Source: Nitrososphaerota archaeon
GTDB lineage: Archaea > Thermoproteota > Nitrososphaeria_A > Caldarchaeales > Caldarchaeaceae
DNA length: 64,000 nucleotides
Direction of reading: 5' to 3'
Assembly: GCA_041641305.1 (NCBI GenBank)
Contig: JBEPYN010000001.1
Location: 262,498-326,497 of the forward strand
How positions within the stretch are numbered: position 1 is the stretch's first letter; each line of letters begins with the position of its first letter. A program made the position numbers and the translations under genes. Shown piece by piece: positions 53,448 through 62,815 of the stretch. The notes beneath the pieces are model-generated. The model was not told where the DNA came from. It did no database searches and saw only the letters and a list, made by a program, of their open reading frames with translations.

Positions 53448-56038
53448 CAGCCATAGCCTCGCCGACGTTTCTCTTTAGCCTTTACCAAAACAGCAGAGGA
53501 AACCGCTAAAAATGCAGCCAAGATGAGCAGTGTCGGAAGAGACACACCCGCCCGGACGACTGAGTGTCCTGTCTCCGGTTCCAGGGTAAGCGTTTGGCTC
53601 CAAAACACGTAATCGAGCACAGCGGTTTTAGCGTCATGGCTAACTGGATGGAGGATCGCTCTCCCACTGCGGTCAACCACACCAGAGGCCTCCACAACCC
53701 CCATGCCATTAACGAGAGAAACCCGTGCACCCGTCAAAGGCACCCCCAACAAATCAGACACAACAAACTCAACCCTGTAAACCCGCACAGGTATGTTGAA
53801 GAGACCCGGGCCAGTTACTTGAAGTTGCCCCGATGTTTTGACATCGACTGAGTTAAATCCAATTTTCTCCACGGTGTATGCCCCTGTTGGAAGCCACGTC
53901 TTCGACAAAGGTTGCAGAACATATTCGAGTCGATTCATGTCATCGCGCAGCCTCATCTCCGCCGAGACGAGAAAACCTTCAGCATCGACGAAAACAAACT
54001 CCACCAACGCTTCTTCGCGGTAAACCTGTTTCAAGTATTTCGGACCATCCACGACAACTGTTATCACAGGTTCCCTGCTCTCGATGTCGCCGGCCCATCC
54101 AAGAAACAAGAATCTTCTGCCATATCCTGTTTCAACAATTTCTTCAGCGGCTAATTGGACATTCTCGCCCAAAGCGTGCCAGCTTATCTCTTCGCCTCTA
54201 AGGCCTTCTACCAGCAGCCTAGCCTCATCAGCCCAGAGCGCCACGACAGTGACAGGCCTCTCGATTGATAGGGTTGTCTGGTTTCCAAATTTTTCCCATC
54301 CGATGAAGCGGCTGCGAACACCTTCTTCATGTATTCTGATCCGCTGCCCCGGGTCAAGCAAAATTACTTCACCCCTCCTAACCCAGCCGGTTGAAACATT
54401 TACGGGAAAACGTGAAACCACTTCAACATAGTAGTAGACGTCGTATTCCGCCAGTAGGCTCACAGGCTTGTCGACAACTATGAATAGTGTTGGGCTGGAA
54501 CTGTTTGCCCCACTCCAGTTGCGGAAAACGGCTTTCGTGCCGTTGCCCCATGCGATCTCTTGCAGGGCCTGCAGGTTCAAAACCTTTCCTTCTGCAACCC
54601 AACCATCAAACAGGTCGGTATCGCCATGAGTAGCCCTCGCCACAACTCTGTACTCCTTCAGCCAATAGACGGTAACATTCACAGGGCCGCGGACATTAAA
54701 TCTTATAACATCGTCTACGACCTCGCCGTCGCTCGATAGAGATATGTTGTAAAGCCGCAGACGCATATCATCCCCAAGGTACACTATTTTGCTCAGCACA
54801 ACAACCTCCGCCTTCTCGCCCTCGTCGTACCAGCCCTCACCCTCGAAAACGTCAACGGGCGAATCCACTCTCACAAGATACTGGCGGCGGTAAATGGCCT
54901 CTATGTTGACTGGGCCGTTGACCACAATTTTCCTGACATTCTTGTCAAAACCGTCGCTCCATCCAGCGAAGACCATCCGTGTCGCGTTCTCAAAGTCGAT
55001 AAACTCTCTCGCCGTAACAGGCAGTTCCTCACCTAAACGATACCAGCCCGACACAACATCCTCAAACATTTTAACCCTCACAAAGTAGAAAACACGATAA
55101 ACAGCGACAAGATCCAAATCATCGTTAACAACAACCTGAACATTAGAGGAGTCGATCTCCATCCCCGAATTCAGAACCCAGAGGTCGAAAACGAGTTTTG
55201 TCCAGTTTTGATACTGTTTCTCCAACTCTGCGGCCTGTGTGAAAACAGTTCCCCTTGGCAAGTAATAGGTGTTAACCAAGATTTTTCCGAGTTCCGACTG
55301 CATATAGACGCGGACCCGACGTATCTCAGTGATGGGTGGAACCTGTTTGTAGGCGATGGATGAGGGAAGCGAGCTTATCTCAAAAGCGGGTGGAGGTCTG
55401 TAGACGCTGTCCTCGACCCATGAGTACGCCACCGCGAGAGCATAGAGGTTGAGTGTCGAGGGATAGATTGCCGTGTTCACTCTCTCATACATGAGGTCAA
55501 CGGAGTTGCTTGCGTGACCTATTCCAAGAGCGTGTCCGTACTCATGTGCCGCCACTTTGTAAGCGAGTTCAGTGTCTGTGCCTACACATGATTTTGAAAT
55601 CTGTATAGTTGCGCTGGAGATTTCGTAGGTAATGCTTCTATACCTGATTGTGGTGAGCCCGCATACATTTCCACCCAGTGTCGATACAAATCTTAAGGTT
55701 ATGTCTGCGTCTTCGACTGTTGTAGCAAGTGACACAGATAGCGAGAGAAGATAGTTGTAGCCGTATTCTTGGACGAATGCTCTCATGCTTCCATACCAGA
55801 CCTCAACACCTCTACGAGCGGCCTCATCCAAGGCGTCGGAGCCGGATGAATAGAGGTAGACTTTTAGGGCCTTCTTACCCCAAGCGCCCAAGATTTCTAT
55901 CGAGCCGCTAGTTGTCTGAGCGAGGGAGATTGTGTCTGATGGACTTTGCGTCAACAGGGTGATTTCGCTGAAGGCGTCAATCTTAATTACTGGGGCAAAC
56001 GGGGTAGTCGCGAACAGCAGTATTAGGATTGTCCACAC
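53447..56038 (-). CDS. large secreted, C-terminally membrane-anchored protein with metzincin-type zinc-binding motif
   Basis: 863 aa with an N-terminal signal peptide and 'VAAHEYGHALGIGHASNSVDLMY' (HExxHxxGxxH followed by a Met-turn-like M). A long beta-rich middle region carries many N-glycosylation sequons. The C-terminal TM helix is followed by a 'KAKEKRRRGYG' basic tail. Confidence 0.6.
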   Translation of the reverse strand: MWTILILLFATTPFAPVIKIDAFSEITLLTQSPSDTISLAQTTSGSIEILGAWGKKALKVYLYSSGSDALDEAARRGVEVWYGSMRAFVQEYGYNYLLSLSVSLATTVEDADITLRFVSTLGGNVCGLTTIRYRSITYEISSATIQISKSCVGTDTELAYKVAAHEYGHALGIGHASNSVDLMYERVNTAIYPSTLNLYALAVAYSWVEDSVYRPPPAFEISSLPSSIAYKQVPPITEIRRVRVYMQSELGKILVNTYYLPRGTVFTQAAELEKQYQNWTKLVFDLWVLNSGMEIDSSNVQVVVNDDLDLVAVYRVFYFVRVKMFEDVVSGWYRLGEELPVTAREFIDFENATRMVFAGWSDGFDKNVRKIVVNGPVNIEAIYRRQYLVRVDSPVDVFEGEGWYDEGEKAEVVVLSKIVYLGDDMRLRLYNISLSSDGEVVDDVIRFNVRGPVNVTVYWLKEYRVVARATHGDTDLFDGWVAEGKVLNLQALQEIAWGNGTKAVFRNWSGANSSSPTLFIVVDKPVSLLAEYDVYYYVEVVSRFPVNVSTGWVRRGEVILLDPGQRIRIHEEGVRSRFIGWEKFGNQTTLSIERPVTVVALWADEARLLVEGLRGEEISWHALGENVQLAAEEIVETGYGRRFLFLGWAGDIESREPVITVVVDGPKYLKQVYREEALVEFVFVDAEGFLVSAEMRLRDDMNRLEYVLQPLSKTWLPTGAYTVEKIGFNSVDVKTSGQLQVTGPGLFNIPVRVYRVEFVVSDLLGVPLTGARVSLVNGMGVVEASGVVDRSGRAILHPVSHDAKTAVLDYVFWSQTLTLEPETGHSVVRAGVSLPTLLILAAFLAVSSAVLVKAKEKRRRGYG

Positions 56039-56175
56039 TGAGATTTCCTGATGCCTGGGGCATATAGGTTTTTAGGCGGCTCAGTCAAATGCCTTCTCTT
56101 CACCAGTCTGCATAACTCTGAGACATCACCGCCGCGTCACATAAATAGTGAGGGGCTTATCTTAACTTTTCAGAG

Positions 56176-56952
56176 ATGCAGCAACATGTTTTCCGTGAGG
56201 GTGACAAGGTTCTGATCGTAACGGAGAAGAAGAAAAGATACATGGTTCAGCTAAGAAGCGGGAAAAAGTTTCACACAAGTGAGGGGTTCATCGAGCTCTC
56301 AAACCTCATAGGACAACCGAGCGGATGCGTCATCCACTCCAACACGGGTGCGGTCATGCATGTTTTTGAGCCAACACTCCTAGACCTGCTGATGTTCTTG
56401 CCACGCACTACTCAGATAGTTTATCCGAAGGACCTTGGCTACATAGCGGCTGTTTCGGGTGTCGGGCCGGGTTCACGGGTTGTTGAGGCTGGGACGGGTA
56501 CAGGTGTTTTGGCCGCTTTTCTCACACACCTAGTCAGGCCCACGGGCAAGGTATACAGTTATGACGTCAAGCTCGAGAACATCGAGACAGCAACAGTTAG
56601 GATGAGGCAGCTGGGGCTTCATGACTACATCGAGCTGAAGGTAGGCGACGTATGCGAAGCGATTCCCGAAAAGGAGCTTGACGCCGTCGTCATAGACATT
56701 CCGGAGCCGTGGAGAGCTGTCCAAACATGTTATGATGCTTTGAGGCCAAGCGGTGTATGGGTCTCGCTAAGCCCAACAGTCGAGCAAGTAATTCAAACCT
56801 ATGAAGCGCTCGAGGAAAAAGGCTTCTCAGATCTTTCATGTGTTGAGCTGCTTCTCAGAAACATGAGGGTGAAACGTGGCATGACAAGGCCCGAGTTCCT
56901 CATGAGAGGGCACACAACATATATAGTCACAGCCCGAAAACTAATACGCTAA
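56176..56952 (+). CDS. trmI: tRNA (adenine-N1)-methyltransferase TrmI (m1A57/58)
   Basis: N-terminal beta-barrel ('FREGDKVLIV...') plus a SAM-binding 'VVEAGTGTGVLAAFL' Rossmann fold, typical of the TrmI/Gcd14 family. Confidence 0.8.
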   Translation: MQQHVFREGDKVLIVTEKKKRYMVQLRSGKKFHTSEGFIELSNLIGQPSGCVIHSNTGAVMHVFEPTLLDLLMFLPRTTQIVYPKDLGYIAAVSGVGPGSRVVEAGTGTGVLAAFLTHLVRPTGKVYSYDVKLENIETATVRMRQLGLHDYIELKVGDVCEAIPEKELDAVVIDIPEPWRAVQTCYDALRPSGVWVSLSPTVEQVIQTYEALEEKGFSDLSCVELLLRNMRVKRGMTRPEFLMRGHTTYIVTARKLIR

Positions 56953-57551
56953 ACCCCTGAAAGAGACCTGATCGCCTGCACTATCTCCTCAGCCGCCGCC
57001 TCAGCATGTTCAAAAGGCCTCTTCTGCTCATACCGCAGTGAAATTACCTTGAGATAGCAAGCCGCCGTGTTAGCCGCGGCTGCAACGAATAACTTTCCCA
57101 TCTGCTGGTCCGCCTCAATCACTTCAACGCTGTCTGTCTCACGTCTCCGGTCAACACCCTCAGTAGCGTCCTTAAGCCTCCTACTAAGAATGTCCTCGGG
57201 CCTACACTCGATAAAAACAATCAAATGAGGGTTCATCACCTGAACCGCTTCAGAAGGCAGCCCAGGATAATAGCCGAAGGGAGTTTTGATAACAGAATGT
57301 GTATCAACTACGACATGATTCATCTTGGCTATCCTCTCCGCAGCACTCATCTGAAGCCTTTGATAATCCTTGAGAACAAGCTTTTTCCTCATTTCATCCC
57401 TGTGAGCGATGCCATAGAGCTTAGCGGCCTCCTCGAACATTAGGTCGCCAAAGTTGACAACACTCAAGCTAGGCATCTTTTCCACAACTTTCTTGATGGT
57501 TGTTGTTTTCCCAGAACCGGGCAAAGCCGTGACTATAACCCTCACAGCCAA
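56949..57551 (-). CDS. adkA: archaeal-type adenylate kinase
   Basis: P-loop 'VTALPGSGKTTT' at the N-terminus. About 200 aa, matching the short archaeal AdkA family. Confidence 0.7.
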   Translation of the reverse strand: MAVRVIVTALPGSGKTTTIKKVVEKMPSLSVVNFGDLMFEEAAKLYGIAHRDEMRKKLVLKDYQRLQMSAAERIAKMNHVVVDTHSVIKTPFGYYPGLPSEAVQVMNPHLIVFIECRPEDILSRRLKDATEGVDRRRETDSVEVIEADQQMGKLFVAAAANTAACYLKVISLRYEQKRPFEHAEAAAEEIVQAIRSLSGV

Positions 57552-57577
57552 TCAAAGAAACTTCGCGCTAAAAATAT

Positions 57578-58417
57578 CTAACCTCCACGGAGCTCCAGCT
57601 GTCTCTCGAGCTTCTGCTTGAGCGATAGGTATTCGCTTTGCTTGAGTTCGCCTATTTTGTACCGCAGCTCCAGCTTGCTCAGCTCCTTCTTTATTTTCTG
57701 ATGCTGTTCCATCAAAACCTCGAGAGCCTTCTGAGCCGATTGAACATCCTCCTCAAACATGTTTATGAATTCCTGAGGCATTCCGAGTTCGCGTCCACTT
57801 GTTTTGACCTTCTGCAGCCTCTCCTCAAGCTGGGCCTTGAATGTCGGCAGGTCGGCTAGCCTAATGTTGAACGGGTTGCGGAGATACATCAGCTTGGGCT
57901 TCAATCTCCCCATCTCCCTCTCTATCTCGAGCTTCTGAGTTATGTATTGCCTGTCAGGTATCTCTCCGACCTCGTGCTTCACCTTGAGCTTCTCGAGAGT
58001 AGAGTTAAGGGAGTTGATGCGCTCCTCAACCTTCGCTATCTCAGCCATTCTTCTCTCATCAAGGGTCTTAAGCCTTGAGCGGTATTCGTTGAAAAGCTCT
58101 TGGAAAACGTCTGGCTCAGCCTCGCGTTCGAGAAAGAGGTCGATGAGCCTAAAGTACCATAGATAGACCGTGGACATCTGGTCCACGAGCCTCTTCTCCT
58201 CAACAGCCACCTCCTCTCCAGCCGGTGGCTGAACAGTCTGTTGTTCAGCGGACTCCACGGGTGTCTCCGGCTGCTGCTCGACAACCTCCTCTGCCTCCTC
58301 CACTATGGGCTTAGGTGTCTCCGTCGGCTGCTCCAATGTATAGCCGCAGTAGATGCAGAACTTGCCTTTTATGGTGAGCCTGTGACAATTTGGACACTCA
58401 ATTCTTGTGGTCGCCAA
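57578..58417 (-). CDS. hypothetical Zn-ribbon / coiled-coil protein
   Basis: N-terminal 'CPNCH...CIYCG' zinc ribbon, an acidic linker, then about 200 aa of heptad-rich coiled coil. Confidence 0.4.
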   Translation of the reverse strand: MATTRIECPNCHRLTIKGKFCIYCGYTLEQPTETPKPIVEEAEEVVEQQPETPVESAEQQTVQPPAGEEVAVEEKRLVDQMSTVYLWYFRLIDLFLEREAEPDVFQELFNEYRSRLKTLDERRMAEIAKVEERINSLNSTLEKLKVKHEVGEIPDRQYITQKLEIEREMGRLKPKLMYLRNPFNIRLADLPTFKAQLEERLQKVKTSGRELGMPQEFINMFEEDVQSAQKALEVLMEQHQKIKKELSKLELRYKIGELKQSEYLSLKQKLERQLELRGG

Positions 58418-58588
58418 ACCGGTTACGCCTCTTTCCGTTACTTAAAAAGAATTACTAATAGCTTTTAAACCCATATTTGGCCATTAATACGCTATGACAT
58501 CACCACGTAAAGACCTTAGAATTCAAAGGTGACCGCTGTTTTTCATGAAAATGTAAGAGTTTTATGTAAGCAGTACATGGGTATGGCG

Positions 58589-58828
58589 ATGTCCGAGAAA
58601 GAAGCCGATATTCCGTCGGCGCCCATTCACCGCATAATGAAGAGAGCCGGAGCCGCGAGGGTGAGTGAAGACGCGGCCGATGAACTTCGCAAAATTTTGG
58701 AAAACGTCGGAGCCATGATAGCGAAAGAAGCCTTTGAACTCGCCCAATACGCTGGACGACGCACTGTGAAGAAGGAGGATGTTGAAAGAGCTGCTAAAAC
58801 GGTTTTGCGCAATCTTCCAACTGGATAG
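58589..58828 (+). CDS. archaeal histone (HMf-like histone fold)
   Basis: 'IPSAPIHRIMKRAGAARVSEDAADELRKILENVGAMIAKEAFELAQYAGRRTVKKEDVERA' aligns residue by residue with HMfB-type histones. Start placed at an internal Met; the ORF track begins at 58529. Confidence 0.75.
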   Translation: MSEKEADIPSAPIHRIMKRAGAARVSEDAADELRKILENVGAMIAKEAFELAQYAGRRTVKKEDVERAAKTVLRNLPTG

Positions 58829-58874
58829 CTTTAAATTATTCCGAACATTCGTCAGCGATAGGGGTTGATGTAGA

Positions 58875-60503
58875 ATGTCTCTAGCACCAGGTCAGCCAGT
58901 TATAATTCTGAAGGAGGGCACGACACGGACGCAGGGCAGGTCTGCTCAGCGCAACAACATAGCCGCTGCCAAGATAATCGCCGAGATAGTGCGGACGACG
59001 CTGGGTCCGAAGGGCATGGACAAACTTTTGGTGGACAACATCGGCGACGTCATCGTAACAAACGACGGCGCTACCATCCTTGAGAAAATCGACGTCGAAC
59101 ATCCCGCCGCCAAGATGATTATTGAGGTGGCCAAGTCCCAAGACCACGTGGTCGGCGACGGAACCACCACGGCCGTCATCCTAGCGGGCGAACTGTTGAG
59201 AAAGGCCGAGGAATTGATTGAGCAGAGGATTCACGCAAGCACCATAATCTCTGGCTACAAAAAAGCCCTCGACAAAGCCCTAGAGGTCATAAACGAGAAC
59301 TCCGTCAAAGTAGACCTCAACGACAGAGCCACCCTCAAGAAAGTAATAACGACAGCTCTCGGAAGCAAGTCTCTCGGCTTCGCCCTAGACAGGCTTGTCG
59401 ACATAGCCGTAGACTCTGTTCTCAGCGTCGTGAAAGAAGTTAACGGTAAGAAGAGGGCTGATAAGGACGATATACAGATTGTTAAGAAAATTGGCAAAAG
59501 CCTCGGCGAGACCGAGCTGATTCGCGGCGTTGTGGTGGATAAGGAGGTTGTTCATGCCGCTATGCCCAAGCGTGTCGAGAACGCGCGTATAGCTCTCATC
59601 GACAGCCCGTTCGAGATTGAGAAAACTGAGTTCAGCGCCGAAATCCGCATAAGGGACCCGCTGAAGATAAAGGAGTTCCTCGACGAAGAAACCAACATCC
59701 TCAAGGGGATGGTTGACAAGGTGAAGGCCGTCGGCGCGAACGTGGTCTTCTGCCAGAAAGGTATCGACGACGCGGCTCAGTTCTTCCTCGCCAAGGAAGG
59801 CATCCTCGCGGTTAGGCGTGTCAAGAAGAGTGATATGGAGAAGCTTGCCAAAGCGACGGGAGGAAGAGTTGTAACCAACTTCGAAGACCTTTCACCGAAG
59901 GACCTCGGACGAGCTGGACTCGTCGAGGAGAGGAAGATAGGGGAGGATCGCATGGTCTTTGTCGAAAAATGCGAGAACCCCAAAGCCGTCGCCGTGCTGT
60001 TGAGAGCTGGGCTTGAGAGACAGCTCGACGAGGCGGAAAGAGCGTTGAACGACGCAATAATGAACATGATTGACCTCGTCGACGACCCACGTATCGTGCC
60101 GGGCGGAGGAGCGATAGAGGAGGAGATTGCGAGGCAGCTGAGACAAACAGCGGGGAAGCTGTCGGGCAAAGAGCAGCTCGCCTACCTTGCATTCGCTGAA
60201 GCTGTTGAAGCCATTCCAAGAACCCTAGCAGAAAACGCTGGCCTCGAGCCTGTGGAGATAATGGCTCAGATCCGTCACGCACATGAAAACGGACAGAAGA
60301 CAGTGGGCGTCAACATCTTCGGAGGAGGCGTCGTCGACATGCTGGCCAAAGGTGTAATAGAGCCGGCGAAGGTCAAGCTCCACGCTCTCCGCTCAAGCTT
60401 CGAAGCAGCCTCGATGATACTGAGAATAGACGATGTCGTAGCAGCCTCCAAGAAGAAGGAGGAAAAGAAGAAGGAAGGCGAGTCCGAGACACCTGAATTC
60501 TAA
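58875..60503 (+). CDS. ths: thermosome subunit (group II chaperonin)
   Basis: 'GPKGMDKLL', 'VTNDGATIL' and 'VGDGTTT' ATP-binding motifs; C-terminal Gly/Lys/Glu-rich tail. 542 aa. Confidence 0.92.
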   Translation: MSLAPGQPVIILKEGTTRTQGRSAQRNNIAAAKIIAEIVRTTLGPKGMDKLLVDNIGDVIVTNDGATILEKIDVEHPAAKMIIEVAKSQDHVVGDGTTTAVILAGELLRKAEELIEQRIHASTIISGYKKALDKALEVINENSVKVDLNDRATLKKVITTALGSKSLGFALDRLVDIAVDSVLSVVKEVNGKKRADKDDIQIVKKIGKSLGETELIRGVVVDKEVVHAAMPKRVENARIALIDSPFEIEKTEFSAEIRIRDPLKIKEFLDEETNILKGMVDKVKAVGANVVFCQKGIDDAAQFFLAKEGILAVRRVKKSDMEKLAKATGGRVVTNFEDLSPKDLGRAGLVEERKIGEDRMVFVEKCENPKAVAVLLRAGLERQLDEAERALNDAIMNMIDLVDDPRIVPGGGAIEEEIARQLRQTAGKLSGKEQLAYLAFAEAVEAIPRTLAENAGLEPVEIMAQIRHAHENGQKTVGVNIFGGGVVDMLAKGVIEPAKVKLHALRSSFEAASMILRIDDVVAASKKKEEKKKEGESETPEF

Positions 60504-60561
60504 ACCCATTTTTGGTAAACCTCCTAAAGTTTTTTAGAATCATACATTTTCTTTTCACGTT

Positions 60562-60942
60562 ATGAACACCCGTATGCTTTTAGGTGCGTTGATAGGTGTT
60601 GGTGTGCTGGTGCAGATAGCTATTGGCGAGTCTGGGCTGGCTGCAGGCTCTTTACAGCTTGTCCACGCGGTCATCGGGATTCTCGGCATATTTGTGGTAG
60701 GGGCCTATCTTGCTACCGGGAGTGTTACCAGAGTCGTGACCGTTCTAACGGCTGTGGTGCTGTTGGTCACGGTGGCCCAAGTGGTGATGGGAATGGGTCT
60801 TATTCGATGGGTTGACCTCGGAATAGGATTTCGAGCGCTTGAGGAAAGCCACCGTGGAACAGCCTACATCCTCTTCATCCTCGGGCTGGTTGTAAGCGTT
60901 GTCGCAGCCGTTCAGAGACGAAGGGCGGCGAGAAAATCCTAA
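60562..60942 (+). CDS. hypothetical small membrane protein (4 predicted TM helices)
   Basis: 126 aa, strongly hydrophobic throughout, with a basic C-terminus. Confidence 0.4.
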   Translation: MNTRMLLGALIGVGVLVQIAIGESGLAAGSLQLVHAVIGILGIFVVGAYLATGSVTRVVTVLTAVVLLVTVAQVVMGMGLIRWVDLGIGFRALEESHRGTAYILFILGLVVSVVAAVQRRRAARKS

Positions 60943-61027
60943 ACATCAGCCGCTTGTTTAAATTCCGCCACAACCTTTTACCTACATGGTTTTTCCCTTC
61001 TCCTCTGTATTCGATTTCGGGGTGGAG

Positions 61028-62191
61028 ATGAAGGAGGAGTATGAGATTTTCCGCAAGTCCGTCAGAGCCTTTGCCGAGAAGGAGATAGAGCCGCTGGTTA
61101 AGGAGATTGAGCGGAGTAACACGATTCCGCCGGGTCTTTTGAAGAAAGCCGCGGAGCAGGGCTACCTTGGCCTCGGCATACCCGAAACCTATGATGGACA
61201 GGGCACGGACATGATGTACTCCACCTTGTTCGTCGAAGAGGTTTCGAGAATATGCCCCGCGTTCACAGTCGCCACACTGGTCGGCGTGCTCTTCACCTAT
61301 CCCGTCATGGTTTATGGCACCGAGGAGCAGAAACGCAAATATCTTCCACCGATTGCCCGTGGCGAAAAATTCGCGGCACATGCCACCACTGAGCCGGGAG
61401 CAGGCACCGACGTGGCCGGAATTGAGACCACGGCTAAACGGAAAAACGGAGGCTGGGAAATCAACGGCCGAAAATACTTCATATCGGGAGCCGACAAGGC
61501 AGAGTATTTCATCGTCCTTGCGAGAACTTCTCCGCCTCCCAGCAGAAAAGAACGGCACAAGGGCCTCAGCTTCTTCATCGTGGAACGCGGCACGCCCGGT
61601 TTCCGCGTAGGCGAAAAAATCGAGGTGATAGGCATCAGGGGAAGCCATCCATGCGAAGTCATACTCGACAACGTCTACGTGCCGGAGGAGAACATGGTGG
61701 GTGAGGAGGGGCAGGGATTCAAAATCGCCATGGACACCTACGACCACGGCAGAATAGGTGTGGCTGCTCAGGCGGTTGGGGTTGCACAAGCCTGTCTCGA
61801 AAAAGTGTTGCAGTATTCGCTTCAGCGGAGGGTGTTTGAGAGACCATTGATATACTTCCAAGCGGTGCAGTTCCATGTCAGCGAGATGCTAACCATGCTC
61901 GAGGGCGCCAGGCTGATGCTCTACTGGGCGACCACCCTCGCCAACAAGAATAGGCCCGAGGCGGTGATGGCTGCTTCGATGGCCAAACTCTACGCCACAG
62001 AAGTCGCTGAAAAGGCCGCGCTAAAGGCGATAACAGTTCATGGAGGCGTCGGAGTAGCCGTAGACGGCATGGTTGAAAGATTTCTAAGGGATTCGCAGGT
62101 CTTCAAAATCTACGAAGGCGCCAACGATATCCAGAAACTTGTAATTCTCCGCCAGATGATGAAGACTGCTTTCGGAATGGATGTCGACTAA
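61028..62191 (+). CDS. acyl-CoA dehydrogenase
   Basis: ACAD pattern: 'TEPGAGTD', 'WEINGRKYFISGA', and a C-terminal 'YEGANDIQ' segment with the catalytic Glu region. Start placed at the 'MKEEYEIFRKSVRAFAEKEI' Met. Confidence 0.85.
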   Translation: MKEEYEIFRKSVRAFAEKEIEPLVKEIERSNTIPPGLLKKAAEQGYLGLGIPETYDGQGTDMMYSTLFVEEVSRICPAFTVATLVGVLFTYPVMVYGTEEQKRKYLPPIARGEKFAAHATTEPGAGTDVAGIETTAKRKNGGWEINGRKYFISGADKAEYFIVLARTSPPPSRKERHKGLSFFIVERGTPGFRVGEKIEVIGIRGSHPCEVILDNVYVPEENMVGEEGQGFKIAMDTYDHGRIGVAAQAVGVAQACLEKVLQYSLQRRVFERPLIYFQAVQFHVSEMLTMLEGARLMLYWATTLANKNRPEAVMAASMAKLYATEVAEKAALKAITVHGGVGVAVDGMVERFLRDSQVFKIYEGANDIQKLVILRQMMKTAFGMDVD

Positions 62192-62233
62192 TCTCGTATG
62201 AGATAGGCTTTTAAAAAGCCGGGTAAAGTTAGA

Positions 62234-62815
62234 TTGCTGGTCGAGATGCGGGCTTATCTACGGTTAGCCGCCGCCGCGGCACTGTCATTCGCCGTAGCCT
62301 TCATCCTAACCTATTTTGAAAACAGTTATCTTAACCCTCTTCAGCCAGCTTTGCTATCTATTTTGTTGATAGCCTCGGCAGCTGGTTTCGTGGCGAGGGC
62401 CTCATCTCTCTCGGCTCTGGCGGCGGCTGTCGGTGGTTTGGGCGCGTTTGCTGTGTCCCAGTTTCTCGGCTTCTCTCTCTGGAGCCCCTCACAGCTTGAG
62501 TCGGACTTGCTCGTGTCGCGGCTGCTTCTTATAGGCGGTGCAGTTGTTCTCGCCGGGTTGATGGGGTTCGTCACAGGTAATGTTTTCGCACCGAAGCCAG
62601 CTGAGAGACCTGTTCAACCCACGCCAACCCCGTTACAAGTGGAGCAAAATCCCGCACCATTACAGCAGACGCAAGAAACTGTCCAGCAGGTTATGAAAAT
62701 CTGTAAGTTTTGCTCGAGTGTGATACCGGGGGAGTCACGGTTCTGCCCCATGTGCGGGGCCAAGCTTATCGAGACCGGTGAAGAATCGGGTGAAAATGTC
62801 GAGGCAGGGGCTTGA
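62234..62815 (+). CDS. hypothetical membrane protein with C-terminal zinc ribbon
   Basis: Several TM helices and a Pro/Gln-rich linker, followed by 'CKFCSSVIPGESRFCPMCGAKL'. Confidence 0.4.
   Translation: MLVEMRAYLRLAAAAALSFAVAFILTYFENSYLNPLQPALLSILLIASAAGFVARASSLSALAAAVGGLGAFAVSQFLGFSLWSPSQLESDLLVSRLLLIGGAVVLAGLMGFVTGNVFAPKPAERPVQPTPTPLQVEQNPAPLQQTQETVQQVMKICKFCSSVIPGESRFCPMCGAKLIETGEESGENVEAGA

Noticed and set aside
58529-58588. N-terminal 20-aa extension of the histone ORF
   Set aside because: Archaeal histones are about 65-80 aa. The extension is not histone-like, and an internal Met aligns with the HMf start region.
60875-61876. 333-aa minus-strand ORF antisense to the acyl-CoA dehydrogenase gene
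   Set aside because: The plus-strand frame carries unmistakable ACAD motifs. The antisense ORF has no motifs and a Arg/Gly/Leu-rich composition typical of antisense frames in GC-rich coding DNA.
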